64,000 nt of DNA from Octopus vulgaris (taxonomy: Eukaryota). Below are positions 12,530 through 25,790 of the stretch, piece after piece (the first letter of the stretch is position 1; each line of letters starts with the position of its first letter). A program made the position numbers and the translations under genes. The stretch is taken from positions 29,450,001 to 29,514,000 of the forward strand of contig OX597834.1 of NCBI GenBank assembly GCA_951406725.2, in the 5' to 3' direction. Under the pieces are notes generated by a model. The model searched no databases, was not told where the DNA came from, and saw only the letters and a list, made by a program, of their open reading frames with translations.

Positions 12530-12720
12530 GTTTAACCTCACGTTAGTCCTGACTCGTTAGACACATAATTCAAGACATGCTTGAAAAGATCATCTCATTT
12601 ATTCCTTAGACGTAATTGCATCCAAGACAATGTAAATCACTGGGTTCTTTATTTTTATTATATCTTTAAAACAGATTTGGCTGTTATTTCTAGCAAATCA
12701 AGTAATCCCATAGAAGTTTC
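12530..12720 (+). repeat. Old interspersed repeat family D
   Basis: Motif GATTTGGCTGYTATTTCTAGCA recurs at about 13430, 13625, 36722, 42070 and 60028, and in reverse at about 16380, 37465, 37755, 50570 and 51400. Confidence 0.6.
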
Positions 12721-13785
12721 TTCTTCATTACCTCATTCACTTGACAGTGCTTTGTTTATAGCGTATGGTCATGTATGGGATAGGGTTAGGGTTAGGGTGC
12801 TGGTCTGGCAATCAGGACATCCACCAATCTTGTTTCTAGTCCTGTCTTTGTTGATATTGATACGCCCAGAGGTAAAGGTGGAGGTGTGTAGCTACTCAAA
12901 TGTCCAGGGGTTTGGATGACAACTGAAGTTGAAGTGGACAAGATGGACAGCATAGCAAAATGATTTGCAAATCTTTTTCTCTCATTTACTCCATTACTTT
13001 GATATATTTCATCATCCCACCCATATGTAAAAATATAAAGCATAGCCACCATTAGTGGTGCAGCAAATAAAAAAAGACAGGACAACAGAATTACAGAATT
13101 AGTTTACCGGAATGATCTATTTGCCACCTGTCATGCAATATTTTTTTTACCCTACAAAGGATAAGTTTACCAATGTCGGTTTAAAATAACTGCTCCAGGA
13201 ATACATTGTACATCTTCAGACATCCATTTTGGCCATTTTGGGGTTATTGTTCCTGTTGTTTAGCACCTGGTCAACAATAATGTTTAAGTGGATTTATGAT
13301 CAAAGGAATCCTCGCATGACCATCACATTCTAGTGAATTATATTTGGCAAAGTAGAGAGTATCTAGAACTATATCATTTAATGAGTGTCCTTCGTGTTTT
13401 TAAGATTGTGGTGTGGGATTTAAAAGAGAGTTGGCTGTTATTTCAAGCAAATCAAACGACCATACAGAGGTTTCTCTCCTTTTGGTTCTGCTAATGAAGC
13501 TGGTGGTGAAAAGCAGTTGTGGTGGTCATGGAGTATTGCTGAGGAGGAGAAGTGTATCTAGGACAACATTATTTAAAGCGGTTTCTTCATGTTTTAAGAT
13601 GTTGGAGTGTGATTTGATAGGGAGGGATCTGGCTGTGATTTCAAGCAGGTTAAAGAACCACATAGGGGTTTTGCTCATTGTGATTCTGTTGGCGAAAATA
13701 ATGGTAATAGCAGCCGTGATGGTCAAAGCTATTTTGATGGTAGAAGATGTTTTAGTGATCCTATTGGACAGCAGAGATCGTCTTG

Positions 13786-13802
13786 GTAGTAGTAGTAGTA
13801 GC

Positions 13803-13852
<50 letters not shown>

Positions 13853-13975
13853 CAGCAGCAGCAGCAGTAGTAATAGTAGTCACAGCAGCTAAGTTGGGGG
13901 TACTGGTGGTTGTGGGGCTGATGGTGGTGGTGGTCAGGATAGCAGCAGCAGCAGTAGTAGTAGTAGTAGTAGTAA

Positions 13976-14019
<44 letters not shown>

Positions 14020-14040
14020 ATAGTAGTAGTAGTAATAGTT

Positions 14041-14080
<40 letters not shown>

Positions 14081-14180
14081 CAGCAGTAGCAGTAGTAATA
14101 GTAGTCACAGCAGCTAAGTTGGGGGTACTGGTGGTTGTGGGGCTGATGGTGGTGGTGGTGGTCAAGATAGCAGCAGCAGC

Positions 14181-14232
<52 letters not shown>

Positions 14233-14656
14233 ATTGGAACACTAGCAACAGCAACAGCAACCATAATGTTGCAGATGCAAAGGTTGATATTGGTAAACAT
14301 GAGAATAAAGCTGATGGTCATGATGACGATGATGATGATGATGATGATGATAGTGATGGTGAAGGTGGTGGTGGTGGTGGTGCTGGTGTCGAAAGAGGAT
14401 TCAGTTGCAAGCTTAAGCCTGGAAAGACAGTGGTGTTTGGTAGTCATGGTAACCGACCAGTGCACAGATGGTTTGAGAGTTAGGTGTGTTCAGTGAAGCA
14501 TGAAAGCAGCCAGTGAACAATCCCAGTTGGGAAGCTTCCAGAAAGTCTGGCCATGCCAGTTCAGAATGGCATGGCAGTATGGCTCATACCTGCATTATTA
14601 CTCAAGTGGAGAAAAGCAGCTTTAAAACACAAGATGCAGATCCTTTCACCACCACC

Positions 14657-14687
<31 letters not shown>

Positions 14688-14917
14688 CTTTTTCTTCTCC
14701 ATCTTCTTCATCATCATCATCATCATCCTTCTTTTCCTTCTTCTTCCTCTACTTCTTTTCCTTCTTCCTTTTCTTCTTCTTCTTCTTCTTCTTCTTCTTC
14801 TTCTTCTTCTTTTTCTTCTCCATCTTCTTCTTCTTCTTCTTTTTTTTCTTCTCCTTCTTCTTCTTCTTCTTCTTCTTCTCCTTCTTCTTTTTCTTCTCCT
14901 TCTACTTCTTCTTTTTC

Positions 14918-14970
<53 letters not shown>

Positions 14971-15830
14971 TCTTCTTCTTCTTCTTCTTCTTCTTCTTCT
15001 TCTTCTTCTTCTTCTTCTCCTTCTCCTCCTTCTTCCTCCTCATCCCAAACCAAGTAACTTGAGTCTATCTTTTTGCTTTTGATTGGTTGATCTATAAGTT
15101 GGTTGTTGCTGTTGTTGTTGTTGTTGTTGTGGTGGTGGTGGTGGTGTTATGGTTATTATAGTTATGGTGGTAGTGGTGGTGGTGGTAGTGGTGATGGCAC
15201 AATATTGGTTATGGAGTGGTGATGTTTGTTATAGCAGAGGTTGTAGTGGTGTTGGTGCAGATGGGTGCAGTAGGGGTGGCAGTGGTGGTGGTAGTGTTGT
15301 TGTATTGGTTGTGGTGCTAGTGGTAGAGTGGTGAGGGCATTGGTGGTGACGTTTTGTTGGTTATTGCAATGGTTGTTTTGGTGTGTTGTTGTTGCTGCTG
15401 CTGCTGCTGCTGTTGTTGTTGTTGGTGGTGGTGGTGGTGGTGGTGGGGTTGTTAATGGTAGAGTTGGTGAGACGTTGCTGGTGTTGGTGGTTGTTTTGTT
15501 GGTGTCGTTGTTGTAGTTGGGGTGGTGGTGGTGGTGGTGGTGGTGGTGTCTTGAGATTTGTGATGGGTGTGTGTGTCATTACTGGTGATGTTGTGGTTGT
15601 TGTTGTTGATTATGTTGTTAAAGCTAGTGATGCTGGTGGTGATGAGATGGGGTATGTAGTGGTGATGGTTTCTGTTATATTATGATGATGATGATGATGA
15701 TGATTATGATGGTTGTAGGTGGAGTTGTGTTGTGATGTCAAAAAAGAGGAAATACTGTTGCTGTTGCTGCTGCTGATGATGATGATGAAGAGGAGGAGGA
15801 GGAAACAGAGAGGGTGGTGGTGGTGGTGGT
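13786..15830. repeat. Compound trinucleotide microsatellite block (GTA, GCA, GGT, GAT, TTC, TCA) with a 225-bp-period internal duplication
   Basis: Direct reading; segment CACAGCAGCTAAGTTGGGGGTACTGG occurs at 13881 and 14106. Confidence 0.9.
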
Positions 15831-16482
15831 TGTGATGATAATTTGTTATTATTGTTTAGTATCAGATCAACCTTGATTAACTAGACCCATGATTAAAGAC
15901 ATTCCAGCCACGACCATTCCATCTCTTTCAAGGGATGTAGGGATACATGCATACAATTTGGTTTAATTTGAGGCAGATTTCCAGCAAGTCACCTGTCCAC
16001 CTTGGGGTGGTGGTCCATTGTCAGGGGATAGTGATGAAGATAGTGATGAAGATAACAATTAGAAATGGTCGTTTGTTTTAGATTTTCTCTCTTTTTAATT
16101 TAATTTCTCTTTCAAATCACTCTCTTTTTCAGCTGAAAGATTGTAATTCAAACTGTTCATAACAACCATAAAAAAAAACTAATGTACCTTGTCTACCACC
16201 ACCACCACTAATATGAAGGACATTTTAGATAATGTAATATGGAATACACTATCTGAAAAACATACAGGATGGTCATGGTAAGATTGCCTTTCATCATGGA
16301 GCAGTTAGTCAGAATTAACCTAGGACTGGAAAACAACAATAAGCCAATGAAGGGCTCTTGTGCATTATAATTCATCATGCTAGAAACAGCAGTCAAAATC
16401 TCCTGCAAAATCTCCAGATTGTGTCTTCAAAGACCTTAAAGAAAGACATGATTGTAACAGACTATTGTATTTTCTGTTCTTG

Positions 16483-16518
<36 letters not shown>

Positions 16519-16828
16519 CCATTGACAGCCTCACCATCAACATCTTCATCCCCATCATCTATCACTGTTGGCATCATCATAGACACCAACATCTTAACCA
16601 TAGTCTTTTTGGCTAGTGCCAACATCATCATAACCATTACTATCATTTAGAACATTACTGTCATCATCATCATCATCATCATCACCACTACTATTGTCAT
16701 CATCATCAAAACCACCAACACCATCATCGTCATCATAAAAACATGATCATCGTAGCTCTCGCTATCTCCATAGCCATCACTGTCATCATTACAAATATCT
16801 GCCATCACCATCATAAACGTATTCTCAC

Positions 16829-16860
<32 letters not shown>

Positions 16861-17517
16861 CAGCCATCACTATCATCATCATCATCAGTATAACCATCAT
16901 ATTCTTCACCTTCAGCCAGCATCACTGTTGTTGTTGTTGTTGTTGCTGTTGCTGTTTTCCTTCCCACTAGCATGTTCACTAATGCTGCTCTTCCATTGCT
17001 CCTTTCTTTCTTTCTTTTTGTATTTTTCTTAAATCTGTTTATTTCCACGTATTTACCTTTTTTATTTATTTATTCATCATCACCACAGATGCCATCATCA
17101 TCATCATCATCATCATCGTCGTTGTTGTTGTTGTTATTCCCAGTGTCAATCCCGTTTGCCATTTTCTTTTTCCTATTTTTAGTTTCTATTTATGATTTTT
17201 CCTTCTATTTTCAGGCTTTCATTTTATCCTTTCAGTCATTCTTTAAATCTCAACAACACAACAACTGTTACTGCCACAACCACAACCACCACCACCGCCA
17301 CCACCGCCACCACCACCAATACAACAACAACAACAACAACAATAACAACAACTAATCTATCACCACCACAATACTATCAAAGCCACCACTACCACCGCTG
17401 TCACCATCATCGCAACAACTATTCCCACCACCGCCGCCGCCACCACCACCACCATCGACATAATTTGAACAAGTGAAATCAAAAGCAGACACAACCAAGA
17501 AAACACATAACTGACCC

Positions 17518-17548
<31 letters not shown>

Positions 17549-17997
17549 TCTGTCATCACCATCATAATCATCATCATCATCACTATCAACTTCATCAGCA
17601 ACACCACTATTCAATCATCATCGTAACTGTCACCATCATCTTCATCATCCTCTTCATCTTCCCCATCACTGATATCATCATCATTATCATCATTATCATC
17701 ATTATCATCACCTGGATTAGCATCATCTTTATCATCAAAACCCACCATTTCCACTACTGTCATACATCACCACAATCACAGTCACTGTTATTATCATCAT
17801 TATCATCATCGTCATCATCGTCAGCATCATCATTGTCATCATCGTCAGCATCATCATCATCATTAACCGGAGGTGAAGAAAGCTGGACACAAAAATAGTT
17901 AAAGTGCTAACGTCAAGCGAACTGCCCACAGTTCTGCTCTTGTGCATCTGTCAGCAAATCAGTCAAATATCTATTTTATGTTCATCTAGTGCTCTAG

Positions 17998-18053
<56 letters not shown>

Positions 18054-18149
18054 GTAGAGAGAGAGAGAGAAAGAGAGAGACAGGGAGAGAGAGAGATATG
18101 TATATATATATACATGAAGAATACATACACATATATATACTTATATCTG

Positions 18150-18545
18150 CATCATCATCATCATTGTTTAATGTCTGCTTTCCATGCTAGCATGGGTTGG
18201 AGGATTTTGACTGAGGACTGGCAAGCCAGATGGCTGCACCAGGCTCCAATCTGATCTGGCAGAGTTTCCTAACGCCAACCACTCCAAGAGTGTAGTGGGT
18301 GCTTTTACATGCTACTGAAACGAGGGCCAGTCAGGTGGTACTGGCAACGGCCATGTTCAAATGGTGTTTTTTATGTGCCACCTCCAACAGGAGTCAGTCC
18401 AGCGGCACTGGCAATGACCTTGCTCGAATATCTTTTCACGTGCTACCGGCAAAGGTGCCAGTAAGACGACGTTGGTAACGATCACACTCGAATGGTGCTT
18501 TTTATGTGCCACTGGCACAGAAGCCAGTCAGCTGCTCTGGCAACG
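18150..18545 (-). mobile_element. Retroposon family E with internal tandem units
   Basis: (CAT)n-TTGTTTAATGTCTGCTTTCCATGCTAGCATGGGTTGGA start; repeated GGTGCTTTTTATGTGCCAC units as in 43757-44172. Confidence 0.8.
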
Positions 18546-18915
18546 ATTGACTTCGTTTATATCCTTTCAGGATCAATAGAATAAGTACCACTTGAGCACA
18601 GGGGATAATATAGTCGACCTAACCTCCTCCCCTAAAATTGCTGGCCTTGTGCCAAAATTTTGCAGTCACATTCACACATAAACATATGTCGGTATAAATA
18701 TATTTATGTATAAATAGTTAGATATATATATATATATATATGAATAGATGCCGACACATACACAGATGATAAAATTGATTTTTGAGAGATTTCATATATA
18801 TGAAGTTTTTTTATTGAACTGAGGCAGAATGCTTACATAATATACACACATACGTATAGAGGTATATAGATAAAGAGAGAGAGAGAGTCAGAGAGTTAGA
18901 TAGATACAAATATAC

Positions 18916-18952
<37 letters not shown>

Positions 18953-19007
18953 CACATTAATGTTTGGCTGTATCAAGTATGTATGTATGTATGTATGTAT
19001 GTATGTA

Positions 19008-19043
<36 letters not shown>

Positions 19044-19655
19044 TGTGACTATGTATGGGTCTCTGTATGTATGAATATATAATCTGTTTTACTTCTGTTG
19101 CTTAATTCTTTATTACAGATTAAGAAGGAATCAATTCTGATTTCCAAATTGAATAACAATGGTGATAAAAGAAAACGAAATATCTACAAAAAAAAAGAAG
19201 AAAAAAAATGGAAAATGTCTTTCTACAGCCTTTTATATATTAGATTGCTTTTTATCTTTTTTATTTGATAAACTGTTAATCTGGAAAAAATATTTCTCTG
19301 TAAACCCCATAAAAATATATTGCGCAAAAGAGGCAGAAAACATATAGAAATTGATTATGAAATCTTCAGGTTTCTAAGCTCTCATACATACACACACACA
19401 CATATATATTTACATATACATACACACATACATATATGAAAAAAATTTATGTATGTAAGTGTGTATATATATATATCTTCTTTATTGTTTCTCTATTCAC
19501 CCTCAATCAAATGTCCCATTCTTCAGATGCATATATTAAACATTGAAGTAGCTACAGTATTTCTTTCTTTGCTTTTTTTTTGTTTAACTTTTCTTTTACT
19601 TCTTAATATATGAACATACACACATAAATATATACACACATAGGTATATACATAC

Positions 19656-19709
<54 letters not shown>

Positions 19710-19933
19710 GTACACATACATATTTGTGTATATATATATACATACATATACATTTTTGCATATATATATATATATATATATACACATGCACATATACAGA
19801 CATGTATATTCATTTATGCATATATATGTATATGCACATACACACACACACACAAATATATGTTCTTATTTTGGGGTTTTTGTTTTTCATTTTTGGCAGG
19901 AAGTTACGATGTATGTGAAGGGTGAACAAGGTG

Positions 19934-19964
<31 letters not shown>

Positions 19965-20625
19965 GAAATTATTGCTATTTTCTTTTATTCTATTTCTTGA
20001 GATTATTTCGCAATGTTACTTTCTTAGAAAAATTTTTCCGAAGCTTATCACCTTATCATTGAATAAAAGAAAAAAAAATATGAACTGGAATAAAAAAAAA
20101 AAAAAAATAAAGTAATAAAATATAAATGTTAAAAGAGGGTGAATAAAAAAAAAACAAGGTGTGTTCCAGGGGTGGGGAGGGACATCGCTGGAGATCGGTG
20201 TGTTTTTGCGGTGAAATACAAATCAAAATGAGGTGGCAATGAAAACAAAAACAAAGGCAAAACAAAAACAGAAATGACGATGACAACAACAACAAGAACA
20301 ACAACTGAAACTCACATAAATAGCAAAGAAAATGTGCAGAATTTAAGAAGCAATTCCTTTAGAAAAAGCTATAGAAAATGTATCGTCTCTAAGCTTTTGA
20401 ATGCAAGACATTAAAAGAAGCTAATCAAAGGCATCACCCCCAGAGGAAATCAGAAAAGCAGCATAAGTATGTTGTAGAAAATGTTTGGGGTTCAACTTTC
20501 GTGATTCTCAGACATCGTTTGGCTCCGCCTTAAAATTATCACAATGCAATTAATTAAAAAATTGACTGATATAATAATAACAACAACTTTGGCAAAGAAG
20601 ATGAAGAAATGAAAGAAGAAATTCA

Positions 20626-20671
<46 letters not shown>

Positions 20672-20806
20672 CATATTTATATACACATATATACATATTT
20701 CTACATACACACATGTCTACACACATATAAATATATATATATATATATAACCACTCATATACAATCACAGGCACATCTTTGTATATCTGTATGTGTTGAT
20801 ATATAC

Positions 20807-20847
<41 letters not shown>

Positions 20848-21757
20848 AAATAAAAATACACACCCACATGTATGTACACTCATGTTCATAAACACATACA
20901 CATACGCAGGGACACACACATACGCATGTACACGCATTTATAGAATCATAAAAATCTCCTCTTCTTTCTCCGTCATTTGATCTTACTTTCTCAATGTAGT
21001 CCTTTTGGCAAAAGAACGGAGGGGTTTTTGGCCAAGCATAAATTATTCATGACAATGAAGAAAATTAGCCTTTGATTGATACATCAAAGCTTCCGGAAGA
21101 AAATACAAAAAAAAAAAAAAAAAAATGATAACGATAATAATAATAATAATAATAAATAAGAAACGGCTAAGAGCGAAACAAAAATAAAAGAATGAACCAA
21201 ACAAAGAAATAACACAAAGAAACAAATAATAATAATAATAATAATAATGATAATAATAATAATAATCATGATAATAATATGCAAACAAAAACATCTATAA
21301 AACTGAAAATAAAAACATGAGAAAGTAATTACATAAATATATAATATAATATAATATGATAACATAAAAATATAAAATAATAAAATAATGAAATAAAACC
21401 AATGAACAAATAAATAAATAAATAAATATATACACAACAAAAGCTTAAGAAGAAAAACTATGGAATCAGTGGAATAAGAAACCCTGACAAATGTCCCCAG
21501 AGGCTGCAACAATCAGTCCAGTGTTTCGCTGAGGCGGGCTGGTTTGTCTGGTTGATTAAATAACTGCTTAATAATGATACGAAGATACAATTAAGCACAC
21601 AGAACAAGAGTCACTCACTGGCTATGACTAAATAAGACTGATGGCTTTTCTGAATTTCTCTGGGTTTATCGTATTTTGGCCATAAATACTTGAACACACA
21701 CAAGACGCAAAACTGAAAAAGAAATGAGCACACAAAATAACGCTGACAATAACTATC

Positions 21758-21981
21758 TATTTCTTTACTACCCATAAGGGGCTAAACACAGAGGGGACAA
21801 ACAAGGACAGACAAACGGATTAAGTCGATTATATCGGCCCCAGTGCGTAACTGGTACTTATTTAATCGACCCCGAAAGGATGAAAGGCAAAGTCAACCTT
21901 GGCGGAATTTGAACTCAGAACATAGCGGCAGACGAAATACCACAAAGCATTTTGCCCGGCGTGCTAATGATTCTGCCAGCT
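21758..21981 (-). mobile_element. SINE family B with 17-bp TSD
   Basis: Reverse complement of 8529-8762; CGCTGACAATAACTATC at 21741-21757 and 21982-21998. Confidence 0.9.
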
Positions 21982-22144
21982 CGCTGACAATAACTATCAT
22001 TGCAGCAATGACTTTACTTTCGTCGCTTTGTATTTTCTTATATGTTGTCCCTTTCTTTTAACTCTCCTGTCTCCACTAACTCTTCCCCATTTCTAGCCTG
22101 TTTCCCACCCCCTTTTTTCCCTATTAACCATTGTTAATTTAGAA

Positions 22145-22695
22145 TGGTAAACTGGTGGAATCTTTAGCAAAACCAGCCAAAATTCTTAGCAGCATTTCAT
22201 CCGTCTTTATGTTCCAAGTTCAAATTCTGCTGAAGTCATCTTTGCCTTTCATCCTTTCAGGGGGTTGATAAAATAAGTACCTATTTCTTTACTACCCACA
22301 AGGGGCTAAACACAGAGAGGACAAACAAGGACAGACAAACGGATTAAGTCGATTATATCGACCCCAGTGCGTAACTGGTACTTATTTAATCGACCCCGGA
22401 AGGATGAAAGGCAAAGTCGACTTCGGCGGAATTTGAACTCAGAATGTAACGGCAGACGAAATATGGCTACTCATTTCACCCGTTTCTGCTAACGTTTCTG
22501 CCAGCTCACACGTGTGTGTGCATGCGCGCATGTGTGTGCAGGGCGGGGGAAGGGAAATCTAACATAATAACAATCAGCATAATAACAATTACATTACAGT
22601 AACAATATTGATAAAATAAGTACCAGTTACATACTGGGGTTGGTGTAATTGACTTAACCCCTCATCTGAACATGTTGGCCTTGTGCCAAAACTTG
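22145..22695 (+). mobile_element. Older SINE family B copy interrupted by a younger antisense copy
   Basis: 5' part 22145-22281 resumes at 22608 after the duplicated TTGATAAAATAAGTACC. Confidence 0.75.
22282..22507 (-). mobile_element. SINE family B (nested, antisense)
   Basis: TATTTCTTTACTACCCACAAGGGGCTAAAC...CGTTTCTGCCAGCTC is the reverse complement of family B. Confidence 0.9.
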
Positions 22696-23150
22696 AGTGA
22701 GCTGGCAGAATTGTTAGCATGCCAGACAAAATGGTTTGTGGTATGCTGTCCGTCTTCACATTCTGAGTTCAAATACTGCTGAGGCTGACTGAGCCTTTCA
22801 TACTTTTGAGGTCAATAAATTAAGTACCAGTTGCATGCTGGGGTTGATCTAATCGACTGGCCCCCTCCCTAAAAATTTCGGGCCTTGTGCTTAGAGTAGA
22901 AAAGATTATTATTATTATGGTGGCGAGCTGGCAGAAACGTTTGCATGCCAGACGAAATGCGTAGCCGTATTTCGTCTGTCGTTATGTTCTGAGTTCAAAT
23001 TCCACTGAGGTCGACTTTGCCTTTCATCCTTTTGGGGTCAATTAAATAAGTACCAGTTATGCACTGGGGTCGATGTAATCAGCTTAATCCCTTTGTCTGT
23101 CCTTGTTTGTCCCCTCTATGTTTAGTCCCCTGTGGGCATTAAAGAAATAA
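22696..23150 (+). mobile_element. Two tandem SINE family B copies (about 22696-22905 and 22919-23150) with different 3' tails
   Basis: Both have the GAGCTGGCAGAA head and GAGTTCAAAT B box; the first ends GGCCTTGTGC..AGAGTAGAAAAG(ATT)n, the second ends AAAGAAATA. Confidence 0.85.
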
Positions 23151-23601
23151 AAATTATTATTATTATCATTATTATTATTGTTGTAGTTGTTGTTGTCATC
23201 ATCTTTCAATTCTGTTTCCATTTCTTGCCGAGTGTCTTCCTGACACCCAGGGCAGAGAAACGCACTGTATACATTGGTAGGCCATTAAAATAAACACACC
23301 AGATTGTTCATTTACAAAATCACGTGACAGAGAACAGTAGCAGGAGCAAAGATGGCAGTCTTAACTAAATAACAGTTGCACTGTTGCCATGGTTACAAAG
23401 GGTAGCCACAACGATATAGATCAAGGCACTATTGGTGATAACTAACGATGAACAATGCTGTAATGGCAAGGTTAAAGTAACCAGAATGGTATTAATGGCA
23501 GATGTAGAGACAACAACTGTCTCTACATCTGCCACAGTACAAGACTCAATACTAATAATTTTAATGTAACACAAATAAGTCTTACGATACAAAAAGGAAA
23601 A

Positions 23602-23832
23602 GGCGGTAAGCTGGCAGAAACGTTTGCACGCCGGGAGAAATGCGTAGCCGTATTTCGTCTGTCATTACGCTGTGAGTTCAAATTCCGCTGAGGTCGACTT
23701 TGCCTTTCATCCTTTTGGGGTCGATAAATTAAGTACCAGTTACGCACTGGGGTCGATGGAATCGACTTAATACCTATATATGTCCTTGTTTGTCCCATCT
23801 ATGTTTAGCCCCTTGTGGGTAATAAAGAAATA
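23602..23832 (+). mobile_element. SINE family B with 16-bp TSD
   Basis: GATACAAAAAGGAAAA at 23586-23601 and 23833-23848. Confidence 0.9.
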
Positions 23833-24039
23833 GATACAAAAAGGAAAACTCCAACAGCACACCAAATCGCTTGTCCTATGGTTAATCTAGAGAACCAGCC
23901 TGGGGTCGATAATATAAGTACCAGTTGAGTACTGGGAGGTGGGGTCAATGTAATCAACTCATCCCCTCCCCCAAAATTGCTGCTCTTGTGGCAAAATTTG
24001 AAACTATTATTATTATCATTATTATTATTATTATTGTTA

Positions 24040-24248
24040 TTGGCAGAACCGTTAGCACACCAGGCGAAATGAGTAGCCATATTTCGTCTGCCGTTACGTT
24101 CTGAGTTCAAATTCCACCGAGGTCGACTTTGTCTTTCATCCTTTCGGGGTAGATAAATTAAGTACCAGTTACGCACTGGGGTCGATGTAATCGACTTAAT
24201 CCATTTGTCTGTTCTTGTTTGTCCTCTCTATGTTTGTCCCCTCTATGT
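24040..24248 (+). mobile_element. SINE family B, 3'-truncated
   Basis: Colinear with family B; preceded by a 3' fragment at about 23900-24005. Confidence 0.85.
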
Positions 24249-24270
24249 TGTTGTAGTTATTATTATTATT

Positions 24271-24333
<63 letters not shown>

Positions 24334-25540
24334 ATTATTATTATTATTATTATTATTTATTATTCATTTAACTTTACCTTTCATCTCACCAGTGCAAAAA
24401 ATAAATAGCAGTCATGTACTGGGGTCAACTTAATAGACTTAAACCTCCATCCAAAATTTCTGGCCCTGAGCTTATATTATAAACAATTATTTCTGTTCAA
24501 TGCCTGAGGCATAGAGAACGGTGAATGGAGAATCAGAGAAAGAGAATATGAAAAGATAAGAAGCAAGGCATTAGAAGAGAGATGAGTGCTGCAAAGGATG
24601 ATGGTGGTGGAGGGAATGGCAATAGCAGAGATGGTGGTGATTGTGGTAGTGGTAGTGGTGGTGGTGGTGGTGGTAGTACAGCCAGCAAGTCAGCCAGGGA
24701 GAAAGGCAGGCGGACGGACTGACAGACTGACAGAAAGAAAGAAAGAAAGAGGGTGGAGTTTGCTTCTTGTAGAGTTAATTCAGCAGTAACAATAATACAA
24801 ATGATGTGTGCACGCGTGTGTGTGTGCACGTGTGTGTGTGCACGTGTGTGTGTGAGTGCTCGTATGTGTGCATGCGCATGTGTGTGTGTGCGTGCGTGTG
24901 TGTGCAGGGTGGGGGAAGGGAAATCTATTCAGCATAATAACAATTACATTACAGTAACAATATTGGCATTAGAGCAGAACATGCAGCAGAGTGCAGTACA
25001 ATGCAGTGCGGTGCAGTAAAATGTTGTTCAGTTCTGTCTAACAACAGTTCATGCGACAAGAATTTCCTCTGGCCCCTAAACCCCGGTTTACTTTGTTCGC
25101 TCATTGACTTTTGCCCCTAATACTCTCCTGCAAAATGACAATGTACAGCAATAATTATTTATTACATTGCAGCACAATGTGTATATTTGCAAGGGAAGGG
25201 TTACAGTCGATTTGACAGAAACCCCCACCCCATGTACCACACCCCACGCCCCACCACTCCTACCAGTACTTGTAAACACATAATTATTTCATTGACTCCC
25301 CCTCCACCAACACCACCACCTCCATTCCTGTTCTTTTGTCTGCTCATTGACTTTGCCTCTTAATATCTTCAACAAAACTGGTGATGTGCAGCAATAACTA
25401 TTTATTACATTGTGACACTATACACACACACTCACACATATATATATATATATATGTGTGTTTGTGTGTGTGTGCATACGTGTGTGTGTGTGTATAGTTG
25501 CATATACATACACACATACACACACACACTCATATATACG

Positions 25541-25723
25541 CCATGATAGATCGTTAGCCACTACACACATTTTTTTCTCTCCTTGTTTCTTTCTGTGTTC
25601 CTTTCTGTCGAAGAGCATAGGCTCGAAACGTAAAAGACTTTTTCTATTCCTGAGCGTTATGCTAATACATCTGTTTGTTTTGTACACCACCTGTCTTCGT
25701 CTTTTGTTTTTTTCGTAAACTCT

Positions 25724-25726
<3 letters not shown>
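25541..25726 (+). mobile_element. (TA)n-embedded element with minimal hammerhead motif (variant core)
   Basis: 25601-25636: CUUU-CUGUCGA-A-GAGC(AUAG)GCUC-GAAA-CG-UA-AAAG; homologous antisense copy at 43165-43358. Confidence 0.7.
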
Positions 25727-25764
<38 letters not shown>

Positions 25765-25790
25765 TACATACATACACACACACACATACA

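Noticed and set aside
12781-12797. About three TTAGGG units
   Set aside because: Too short to call an interstitial telomere in such repeat-rich DNA.
12792-13085. 97-aa ORF with a hydrophobic N-terminus
   Set aside because: TTG start with an in-frame stop just upstream, no recognisable domain and no supporting splice structure; cannot support it as an exon.
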